A stretch of DNA of 64,000 nucleotides, taken from contig NC_043006.1 of assembly GCF_006345805.1 (NCBI RefSeq), positions 52,328,001-52,392,000 of the forward strand, read 5' to 3'. Below, piece after piece: positions 52,372 to 64,000 of the stretch. The DNA comes from Octopus sinensis (lineage: Eukaryota). The first letter of the stretch is position 1; every line of letters starts with the position of its first letter. The notes under the pieces are model-generated. The model was given only the letters and a program-made list of their open reading frames with translations, had not been told where the DNA came from and made no database searches. The position numbers and the translations under genes were made by a program.

Positions 52372-52610
52372 GACTGTATGTATGTATGTAGTATGTATGT
52401 ATGTATGTATGTATGTATGTATGTATGTATGTATGTATGTGTGTGTGTGTGTGTGTATGTGTGTGTGTATGCGTGTGTGCTTGTGTGTGTGCTTGTGTGT
52501 GTGTCTTTGCGTGTGTGTGCGTGTCTGCATGTGTATGTGCGTGCATACGTGTCGCGTGTGGGTGTGTATGGTTGTTTTTGAGTGTGCGCGCGTGTGCTTC
52601 TGTGCGTGTG
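52372..52610. repeat. (TATG)n/(TG)n compound microsatellite
   Basis: Directly visible. Confidence 0.93.
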
Positions 52611-55600
52611 TTATTCAGTTTTATTTCAAGATTTCTTGCCAATATATTTTATCAGTCTTTCTTCATCTACTCCACCCAACCACACTGTCTGAGAACCTGT
52701 GATGGTTTGTTTACATCCCTGTAACCTAACAGTTAAGCAAAAGACCAATAAAGAATACGTTCTAACCTTAAAAATGTACTGGAGATGATTTGTTTGACGA
52801 AACACTTCTAGGCAGTGCACCATGTCCTCAGTCAAATGAGTGAAACAAGTAAAAGATATATGACATGTTGTTGGTTTATTTCTCTGTTGTGTATTGTTTG
52901 ACTGCACAGCCTTATTTATTTTGTCATATAGATGAACCCACCTTAATGATGTTTCATATTTTCTAGTTAATTTGTGATTGAAAGATGACTTTTGCAGCTG
53001 TTTCTTGCAGATAATGCTACAACAGAGGGGCCTTATCATATACTGCAGAATATGTTAGACCTGAAAATTTTATATAATAATGACTACAGGATAACTTTCT
53101 AGGTTTTGATTAAACCTGACTAGTTATATTCTGATGTCTTCATCTTTATCGACTACTTCACGACCGGTGACCCGTCGGGTCACCGGTAGTGAATTGCTTG
53201 GATCACTGGGTAAGTCTGATTTTCCTAACAACTGAGTTTTGTTTCGTGTTTTGTTTTTCTTTTCCAGGTAATTTCGCGTGATTTCAATGTCAACTTCTTG
53301 AAAGCATCAGCGAAACGGCTTCTTTCCTCAGAAAAGAAAAAATTTGGCTGTTATTTCTTGCATGCCCTGCTACCACATAACTGTTATTTCGGGTCCTTTA
53401 CGTGTTAGCAGGGTTTGCTAGGAATAGCAGCCAAATCTTTGGAGGTGAGATACGTTGAATGCACTCGAAAATAACCTATGGAAAAAATTATTTCACACCG
53501 AGGTTACGAACGGGTCTTTTACGAAATATTTACCGTATTTTTAAAGCCATTTTCACTTTAAAATATTCTTTAAATAAGCCAAAAAATATTTTGAAATGGT
53601 ATTTATTTGAAAATAATTTTAGAAATCATTAAAATTCTGTCTGTTGAAAGAAAGCTAAAATATAAATACATATTGTTCAAGCAAGACACATTTTTGAAAT
53701 CATATTCGCTTAAGAATATTTCTAAATGATTAAGATATTGTATTTAACAAAAGCGAAAATAGAAACATTTACTATAAAAAACAAGTCGTATTTTCTCGTT
53801 GTCAAGTCACTGTGTCTATTCGAAAGGTTAGAGTTTCTTCTCTTCAGGGTTAAGCTATTTTCGGAGTATTTTCCCATTATGTACCGTTTTACCCCGAAAA
53901 CCCGTAATATCTCAGCAACCAGTTGTCCAATTTACTTGAGACTTGTTTTATACCGTTCATATTCACATTTCAGTTTGGCAAGATTCAAGCTCACTTTTAA
54001 TACTATTTACAAAGAGCAATATGTTGACTGTTTTTTCTTGATGGTAAGTAAATCAACACTAGCATTTAAAGCAACCATAATATTCTACTTCTTTTATATT
54101 GAAAGTGGCCAAATTTGGTCTTTTACACTTATCCTACAATGTCCAATTAAAAATAAATAATCATATCATTGACGCATTTAAGCTACAATACAATACGTGA
54201 TTAATTCTAAGTAATATGAATAAACATTACATTTGACAGAGTACTCTGAATGCAAAGAAGTAAACAAATTAGATTTATTTTATAAGAACTTTAAAAATCT
54301 AAATTCTTTTGTAGATAATGATCTTGAAAGTACAACCAAATCTTTAACCCGTGTATGTACAAGCTCCAGTTCTAAAATGTCTATTCCTCATCAGTGAAAA
54401 GCAAATAATAAATCAATAAATAATTAAAGTTCACGTGAAATTATTTGAAGTAAAATAAACAGGTAATTTTCAGGTTGTTGATATATAAACTGAACTATTT
54501 TGACAATATCCAACTGAAATTGTTTTTCTTAAATGCATCAGATATGCCAATTTATCTATGTTCTTTCGAAGTGAAATAAATTTAAGTTTGAAAACTATTG
54601 GTTGTTATGTGTTGTTTATTTATCTTTTCTATATGAATGCATGCATACATTCATATGTATGCATGAATGTATATATTTATCCATCCATTCATATTTGTAT
54701 GTATGTACGAATGTACGTGTTCATCCTTCCTCTCCCCAATCACCTCCTCCTCTTTCCATCCATTCATTCACTCATCCAGTGATCAATCGACCGAGTGATC
54801 AATGGAAACTGGAAAAACATTAATTTGAATTAATATCACTACACATTTTGAAATAGAATATCACTACACTTTTTGAATTTTTGTCATAAAAATAATCAGA
54901 CTGCCTATATCCTGGTGCCAACAGTGGTAAATTCTCCTGAAACATGTCGTTATCAATCTAAAAGCTTGTTTTCCAGCTGGTAATGTCTCTTATAGAAATT
55001 GTATCATTACTAAAGATTCCATCTTATAATGTGCAATTGATTAACTGCTGCTGGACATTGATAACATAGATTTTACATTTTATAGACAGTTATCAACAAG
55101 GTAACTACTGTCCTTTACAAAAATCGTAAAACACAACGAACAGCAAAAGCTTCTTCATAAGCAAAAGCAAATTGTCCTGTTGTGGTTATGTAACCTCAAG
55201 TCAGTCCTTATCTAGCAGACCTATAACTAAAAACATTCCAGCTACACTTGACAATTTCCTTGTTAAGACAATGCATATCTAAGACTAGACTGCATTGTTC
55301 AGTAAGCGTTTTTACGTATTGAATAAAGTAATTTGAGAAAGATTTAGTGCCTAACAGTGGGAGCTTCTTTGTTGTAAACTAATTGTATGGTGGAGGATGC
55401 AAAATCATAACTGCTTATATATTTAAATCTGTCTGTATAGTGTATTGAGAACAATATAGAGTAACTGTGTTCAAAATACCTATCATCGTGTGATCTCAGC
55501 ACTGGTTCTGATATTTATGTGACAGTGACATGTCTGAAGAAACTACAAAGAAAACTTGATTGGAAAGGATGGGAAAATATGTAAAGAGAAATAAAGGCAA

Positions 55601-55988
55601 AAAAGCAAGAAAAACAAAGACATGCTGTTCAAATTAGCCTGGTAATTTGTTTATTTCATTTTCATAGCAATATTAATTCACCTAATCTGAAATGTGTTCT
55701 GTTGTTTAATTTATTGGATATGTAGTGCATAAATTTGGTTGCAAACAATTCCAGAAGAATTGTGACAAAGAAGCACAGGATAAAGCATATGAATTAGACA
55801 GGAATATTAATACATTAAAGATGAAACATATATATGTATGTTTAGAAAGAAAATAATCGCTGCAGAAAACCAATATTCATTAGTATATGCTTAAATTAAA
55901 ACCGTCATTATCATATGGTACAATGGATTCTTCATATTCCATACTGCAGGGGAAATTATTTGGAATAATAGAAATTCTGTTTCCTTGT

Positions 55989-58900
55989 TTATTTTCCAAT
56001 ATTGCAGTCGGCTCTGTATTGCCAATCACACACTTTCAAGACTTTGTTGAAGTCCAAGTTTCCAGGGCAATCCTTTCTGTAGGCAATATTCCAGTCACAT
56101 TGATAAAAATGTCTGCAGCTTTGTGGATCAGGGAAAAGACCTGAAGGTTCAGGACATTTGAAGCCTAGTGAAAAAATATGAACAAAATTGTCAAATAAAT
56201 GAATTTTAATTATATGTAATTGATGATTAAGTAAATATTTATCGATGATCACATTTATTTAATTGATGAGACTGGCAACATGAGGGGTGTGTATATACAT
56301 GTATGAATATGTGCATACATGTATGTACATGTATATATGTGTGTGTGTGCATGCATGATTGTGTCTCCTGGTCTTGCTACTGCATGACTGTTTATACATG
56401 AGTGTCACTTTCATAGAAGCAGTGTTATTCATTTCCAGTATCCTGTAAAACCATGTTTGGCTATCAGGAAATATTTTTTTACTTGGAGACAGGTGTGGGT
56501 TGGCAGCAAAAAAGGTATTCAACTGTAGGAAATCTGACAGCTGCAAGGTCTTATCTATCTGCCTGACCTATGCAAGCTTGGAAAAGGGGATGTTAAAGCA
56601 ATAATGATGAATTGCTTTAACTACTTTTGGAAACCCAAATCATTTCGTAAGAGAGACTGGTGCCTTTTTATCTCTTTAATAAAAACAAACAATTCTACAT
56701 AACAACTCAGCTTCATTACACTTGGATGAAGCTTAGTCATCAACTCACACACACACGCACACACACACGCACATACACACACACAACACACACACACACA
56801 CACACACACGTACAAGTGTGTATTAATCAGAAGATAATGCATAATGGGTGTGTAAGTTCTATACACTAAAATAAATATAAATACCACCACCACCACCACA
56901 AAAATAAACCAAATAAAATCATCTTTGTCAACTCTCATCTCAATTCATTTAGATTAGTGTTTCTCAACCATTTTTCGTCTATGGACCCTTCTGATTCCTA
57001 TTTTACTCAGGTAGATCCTGTCAAACATTAAGATCCTATTATATTATTATCATTATGTGATATTAGGAATTGTATAAAAAGATTGTTAAAATGTTTTGTG
57101 CATTACAGAAATATAACCGATTTATAGCACATAATTTTTAACAAAAGAATCTTATACAGACCCGCAAGGATCACATGGACTCTTGGTGAGAACGACTGAT
57201 GACGATAAAGCATGAGGAAGAGTTAAATCATCTTAGTCAGTGACTAAAATATATTTGCATATTCACTGAACTGACTTGAGAAATTTCAAAACGAATATAT
57301 ATTTTTCTTTTCTGTTTTTTTTTGTGTTTTGAAGAAAAATTATTAACTTGATAATTCTTTGTAAAAAGTATTTTGAAAGTGAAACCTTTTAATAAAAACA
57401 TACTAGCTCTCACTATCAGAAAACTTAGTCAGAATGTTATATTTTTTCCTCTGTTTGTTGAATTCCCACCCTCTTGGTACTAACATGAAATCATTTAGAT
57501 TCTTTGACCCAGGCGAACATGGGTGCTTTAAATTGTTATTGGCAGTTTTTCCTGCACTTATCAAGGCATAAAAAATATACTCATTTGAACACATAATCAT
57601 TAATTAACATTTATCCGAATAAATGTTAATTAACTGAGCAAATCAAATATGGAAAATGCATTTATTAATCGCTGGATTTAGCAATAAATTAAAGGTACTG
57701 TACTTACTTGCTTGGGGGTCTGGTACTGCAAAAGAATAATATAAATCAAAAGTCGTATTAGTTTCATTTATACACATATAATTTCGTACACACACAAACA
57801 CATAGCACACAAATTGCAAAATTACAAGCACACATATTACCCAGAAAAGGAAGTTTAATTGATGCTTTCATGAGATAAAAACGGTCAGAATTGGGAAACG
57901 CTTATCAACTAAAATTAATCTTGGATTAAGAAACAAAAATTCTTCAAGTAATATTTTAAATTAAAAATTGGCTGAAATGTTAGCACGCCAAGCGAAATGT
58001 TTAGCGGTATTTTGTCCGTCTTTACGTTCTGAGTTCAAATTATGCCGAGGTCAGCTTCGCATTTCATCCTTTCGGGGTCGATAAATTAAGCACCAGTTGC
58101 GTACTGGGGTCGATATAATCGACAATCCCCCTTCCCCCATTATTCGGGCCTCGTGTTTAGAATAAAAAAGAATATTAAAAATTTAAAAAGAAAAAATTGT
58201 AAGGTAGATGAGATAACTCCAGTAGCTGCAAGTTCACTTCTGATATTTGCTTTTGTAAGCGGAATGCTTCCCTGATATATTTCCATCAGTTCCTTTAATA
58301 CAGTTAACTTAGTATATCTGTTTATTTATTTATGTGTTCTATTCTTATTCAAAGCAGAAAGACAATTTAAAAGTTCAACGGAGACAAATTTTTCCACTGA
58401 TATTCAAATGAAAGCTTTATACGTGCAATAAACAAAAGTGATTTGAACTGGTCGTTTCCAGAGGCTGGAAGAAGGTAATGACCGACTAAGTAGCCTGATT
58501 TCAAGAACATCAGGAACTTTTCAAAATTTCAGAACTGTATAAGAAATTCACGAAGAAAAATCTAAATTTCGAATATCTGATTATCAAAGTTATTAAAAGT
58601 TTTAAAATTGTTAAATATTGAAATTATGTTTGATAGTATTTTAGCTTTACATTAATTTCTTGACAAGATAGAAATAAGGAATTGTATATTCTAATTAATG
58701 TCCATACAATTTTTGAACGCATAAATGACCTAAGTAAAGCGAAAAGGTGGTCGCTAGAAATCAAAATCGAAGTAGGGATTCGGTTTACTAGCGCAAATAA
58801 TGTAACATTAAACAGCTATGCTTACCTTCACAATATTTTCCTTTAAAGTGAAGTGGGCATCGGCAACGTATCAGGTTGGCATTTTGGATGCAGGTTCCTC

Positions 58901-61900
58901 CGTTAAGACAAGGGCGAGACGGGCAATTAAAGATTTTTTCATTACAAAACTTGCCAAACCATCCATTAACACAATTACAAATGAAGCCATTTAATCCAAG
59001 TCTGTGACACTGGCCGTTACTTTGACACGGATTTGGAGTGCATGGATTGGTTTGACTGCCGCATATCTGTCCAGTCCAGCCTTGTGGACAGGTACAAATA
59101 AAGCTGTTTCCTCTAGGATAGCACTGTCCACCGTGTAAACAGGGGTTTCCTGAACAAGACGTAATTTTTATCTCACAGAGTTTACCAGTCCATCCTGGAG
59201 GACAGTCGCATATACTTTTGTGTACATTACAAGTTCCTCCATTTTGACACGGTGAAAATGGACAGGAATTAATGGGATTTTCACAACGTGGACCAGTAAA
59301 TCTAGGTGGGCAAATACATTTCGCAACAAAGTTAGTTGTAGTACATCGGCCACCATTTAGGCAAGTCACTGAGCGACATTTATCTTCAAATTGACAACGA
59401 TGACCGTAAAAGTTAGGAAGACAATGGCACACAAATGAGGTACCTTCATTCGAACATTGACCACCGTTCATACAAGGTGCTGACAAACATGCTGAAAGAC
59501 CTAGATCCAAAAAGAAATAAATTTACAGATTAAATTCAAAACAAAAACAAATTAACAGAATAAATCTTCTTGATTTACTATTTAATAAAACAACATTCAC
59601 TAAATCCATAAATGCCTTACTTAAATACAAACACGAAAATATTCAGTTTTGTAAATAAGATAATGTTGTGTGTGTTTTTCATTCTGCTCTAAATTACAAC
59701 TTGGTTACAATGTTAGCACACTTAAGACGTCTTATAAGTAACTATAACTATGGCAGACCTGTTTAATACAGTATTATCGTTATGGAGTAAAAATCACTAC
59801 CGATCAGCACGATTGATTTACAATTACTAATTCAGCCTACAGGTCATCTACAAAACGTCAAAAATTATCCTCAAATAGAAATGTATTTAAGATAAAAACA
59901 TCTGATAATAGAAATAAAGATGTATTAAGCAAACGACTGCCAGACAATGATAATATATTTCACTTCGTTTGAATGATTTTTGTGTTTTACTTTTCTAAAT
60001 ATCTTTTTGTACTATGTAATCCCAATGCCGAAATTAATATACGATGTGGTATTCAATACAATTGCGAATATAGGCTTTATTTACTTGTAGAAATTAGGTT
60101 ATGTGAGATCCAGATTTCACTCAGTATGGAATGTGTCTCTCATATCTATGTTGGACACCATTAATCTCTGACTTCTTTGCATGCTTATAGATGTATTCCA
60201 GCTTATTAGAAATCTTCAAATCTAACCACTGGCTAGATCGTTTTTAGCTTTAATAGTGAAATTCTTAACTTGCTAGATGAACCTTCTTCCTCACATCTCC
60301 GAGTTGCACACGTGTCATGCTTACGTGTTCCACTCCAAATCCCGCTTCTACCTCTTAAACCCGATCATCATATTACAAACAGTAATTATAAAGACCTTTT
60401 ACCTCACGAATGTTAATGTGATATACAGTAATACCTCGACTATCGCGTATTTGACATTCCAAAACCTCCATCGATAGGTGAAAATCTACGAAGAAGGAGC
60501 AGCACTGTATATTTTTATTATTATTTTTATAATTTTTATATATTTATTTTATAAATGCATTTATGTTGTAAATGCAAAACAACACTACGGAGGAATCGAC
60601 GTAAGCTCGAAAAATAAACTGTAATGGGTGATCCGTGATATGCCGAGAGATTACTGTATTAGCAACCTCCTGTATCTTCTAGTCTGAGAATATCCTATCG
60701 CTTACCGACTTAGTCTTCCAACAAAATAAAGAGATAGGTCACACATTTTTTTATGTGGCTTTATATATGAAGAAGGAAAATGATTTTAGTAGAAAGATAT
60801 TTTTAAAAAGTCTAACATATTTCTAATTTGAAATTGAAAAAAAATTCATTTAGTATATTTAATAGGCTGAAATAACTTACATTGACGATAGAATCAGCTG
60901 AAATCAGTATTTGTTTTTCGTTTTTTTTTTTATTTTTGTTTAGACATATCTTCGGAGACATTTGGTATTTCTCAGTTTACCATGGAACTTGATGACTAAA
61001 TAGTTTGCAATACTTACATTTGCTGAAATGTTGGCATTAGTTTATTATAGTGATGTAATTTCAAATAGAAATTCATGATTCTTACCATTCTCGCATTTGG
61101 ATCCCGTATAACCATATGCACATTTGCAGTAATAGCTATTAATCAAGTCAACGCACGTACCTCCATTTAAACAAGGTGATGACGCCCGCTTGCAGTCGTC
61201 GATGCCTGAAATAAATCAATATTAACCCATTTTTTCACTTCGTTAATGTTTGCTTTGAAAAATCATTGCAGTTTAGAACACCAGATGTATTGCAATATCA
61301 TGCATATTTAATAGTTTCTTTCATTTAGGGAGTATTATTGATACCTTGTCGAAGCAGTTAAATTTAACCTGCTTAAATAACAACAAATTGTTCGACAGTT
61401 AAATGCATATCTACTTTTAAATTTGTACTTCCATTTATTTTAACGTATTAATTATCCACTCATATCTACATGTTATTAATCAAAATTGAACTAGACATTA
61501 ACTTTCAACTAGAGTAATAAATTAACAACTCAACTATGATAAGCTGTTGAACTTTCACTTAGAACGAATTATTATTGTCCAGTTAAAGAAATGACCAAAT
61601 GAGCATTATCTGGAATATCTTTGAGGAGATATATAACACAGCTGCAGGTGGAATACACGTAGAACCAGATGGCATGCTGTATAAATATATAATGTATATA
61701 GAAGTGCAAATCTGAGCGTACATATGTTAAAGATGCCCACGTTAAAAAGAGTTTATTTTATGAGATAGATTCAATTAATATCATTATTATACCTAAAATG
61801 AAATAGACATTGATAGTTTCGCGATTATTACAATTAAACAGTGTCTCGAATTCCTACAAATAAAGTTTACAAGTCAATAGAAAAAAGTTAATACCTTCAA

Positions 61901-63756
61901 TACAAAATTGTCCTGTGTATAACGGGTGGCAGGAGCAGCGAAACGTAGAGCCCATTCGATTACAAGTTGCATTGTTTTTACACGGAGCACTGCGACATGG
62001 ATCAGCTGAAAAAGTAATGACGATACATGTCTTTTACGCATATATTTTCTTTCAATTTATTTAAATAATGAAATTCGATAAAATGAAAGTGAATCAACTT
62101 CATTAATATATCAACTTTATTACCATTAATATATCAACTTCATATATCAACGTCATTAACAGCAATGTATTTACAACCTCACAAAAAGAGAATTTGTATA
62201 TATAATTACAGAGATTTATATGCTTTTAATTGAGCTGTGGCCAATCGAGTCGATACCGAGTCAGTCTGCTGTTGAATGTGTGACAACATCATTTATTAAT
62301 CACTAGTGCTGCACTGAGAATAATAACAAAAATATTTAACTCTCATTCATTTAATTCTTCGCAGAAAATAGGTATTATGTAGCAGTGTAGTTTTCTGTTG
62401 TAAGGAGCAGGAGCCCTGTATAACAAGGAATGTTCTGTTTGCTTGCAATTACGTGCGTCTGTCGTGACCACAGCTCAGACAGACATTTTTTTAAAGAGTA
62501 GTTAATACATCCTTGATTAATGCAATAGTCATGAATAATTAAGGTATTTATGGAGGTAAAAAATTGATTGGATGACTGATTTTCGATGACTCAGTTTTAG
62601 ATTACCGGGAATCTAAAGTGTTAGTGAGCAAATTCGAGATAATCGAAGTGCTAGCTAACCCCATAGAAAATCCAAGGCCGAAATTTTTTTAGGTAGAAAA
62701 TGGTCCCATTTTATTGAACCCAGGAAGCTAAAGGGAGAACTGATCCAGGCAGGATTTGAATTCATGATTTAAAGAGACAGGAATAATAAATACGTACCAT
62801 CGGGATTGCAGAATGGACCAGTGAAACCAGGCTTGCAGACTTTTTGACCGTTAATATCACACTGAAACCTCGTTTGTTCGCTGGTGGGGTTATCACACCT
62901 TGTTATGCAGTTCGGACCATAATAGCCGTGGCTACAATAACTCTGAAGTAAAACAACAACAAAGACATTCTAAGACATTCGAAAAGAGAATGGTTATATA
63001 AGACTTCTGATATTTTGCTCACAAACAGACTGTTTTAAAAGTATAAAGGTTTGTGGCTTTAGTGTACGAGTTTTTATTAATTGGTGAGCTGGCAGAATCG
63101 TTTGCATGCTGGACGAAATGCTGAGTGGTATTTCGCCCATTGCTACGTGTTGGTATTCATGGCACGTCACTGATATAAGTATGGTTTGCTGCTAGTTACT
63201 AAAGCAGTAAGGTTTCGATTTTAGGCTTCGTTATGCGTTCATAGAATCATTTCCGCGTTTCTAAAGATTTTGAATATATATATATATTTTTTAAAGTGTA
63301 GTTTGGACACAAAAATAATGCCAGGTATTTTCAATACCATCTGCATATGAACTACTGTACGATAGAGTGCGCCCATAACCTAGAATACATATGTACACAG
63401 AGAAGAAATGCAAGAAATGTGAGTAATTGTCAAGGATTTTTAACCATGGATATTTGTGCTCTTCGCTCAGAGCAATAGGCTGCTGCAGCATCACATATCA
63501 GAATGATAAACGCTCAAATCAGTTAAGATGTGTGGCATAGAATAATACCCAGATATTCCTGGCCAACAATGATAGTTAAAGTACTTACTCGAATTTGGTA
63601 GGTCAGTTGAGTAGTAGGATTCTGACTACCACGAGTTGTTATCAATTTATACCTGGCTTCTTCGACGCTTCTCTGAGGTAAATAATAACCACTTTGGTAA
63701 ACGTATTCGGCTATTAATTCGTTGTTGCTTTTTGCAGTAAACGAAACAACGAATTT
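55989..63756 (-). CDS. Gene B (5' part outside the window): paralog with DSL + 8 EGF + CBM14
   Basis: E4 63589-63756, E5 DSL 62798-62942 ([48 protein letters not shown]), E6 61895-62005, E7 61086-61205 ([28 protein letters not shown]), E8 58826-59500 (6 EGF), E9 55989-56164 (CBM14 and stop). All junctions are GT-AG and in frame. Confidence 0.9.
63083..63150 (+). mobile_element. SINE 5' head fragment specific to paralog B
   Basis: ggtgagctggcagaatcgtttgcatgctggacgaaatgctgagtggtatttcg resembles the head of the 2264 SINE and is absent at the equivalent position in gene A. Confidence 0.6.
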
Positions 63757-63910
63757 CTGAAAACAGAGGTTTGAAGGTATGTATTATTGGAAATTTGTAC
63801 TATCAGATAGAACAATGACAATATAAACGTAAACACACGCATACTTACTCTCTCTCTTCTTCACTCTCTCTGTTTCTGTTGTTCTCTCTCTCTCTCTCTC
63901 ACACTCACAT

Positions 63911-63949
<39 letters not shown>

Positions 63950-64000
63950 ACACACTCACACACACGCATACACGCGTGGGTTTCCGTAGCGTAGCAGATT

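Larger units (their letters stand above)
55280..64000. repeat. Paralogous block of gene B, homologous to 1-~9250
   Basis: Collinear introns, MITEs, SINE and exons. Very high identity up to about 60800 (= 4860), clearly lower beyond. Confidence 0.92.

Overview
AT-rich, microsatellite-dense animal genomic DNA. The repeat content (tRNA-derived SINEs; long TA, CA and TATC tracts) suggests an octopus-like cephalopod, which is inference only. The core of the window is a tandem pair of minus-strand genes that the ORF track mostly misses. Splicing nine exons by hand gives, for gene A, a 498-aa protein: signal peptide, Notch-ligand N-terminal C2 (MNNL) domain, DSL domain, 6 EGF repeats, one chitin-binding peritrophin-A (CBM14) domain, then a stop. 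There is no transmembrane segment, so this is a secreted, chitin-binding Delta-like protein. Paralog B (55989 to beyond the window end) has 8 EGFs. Exons 1-6 of gene A occur twice (5492-25458 and 25559-43604) on either side of a 100-N gap, most likely two unmerged haplotypes. The two copies differ by a GT>GA splice donor and by an exon-3 amplification. Exons 1, 2 and 3 also sit in microsatellite-bounded local tandem duplications. Between the genes lie a MULE relic carrying a hAT MITE and two Tx1/L1-clade retrotransposons whose 3' ends both run directly into (ATCT)n. All coordinates, counts and identities were read by eye and should be confirmed by alignment.
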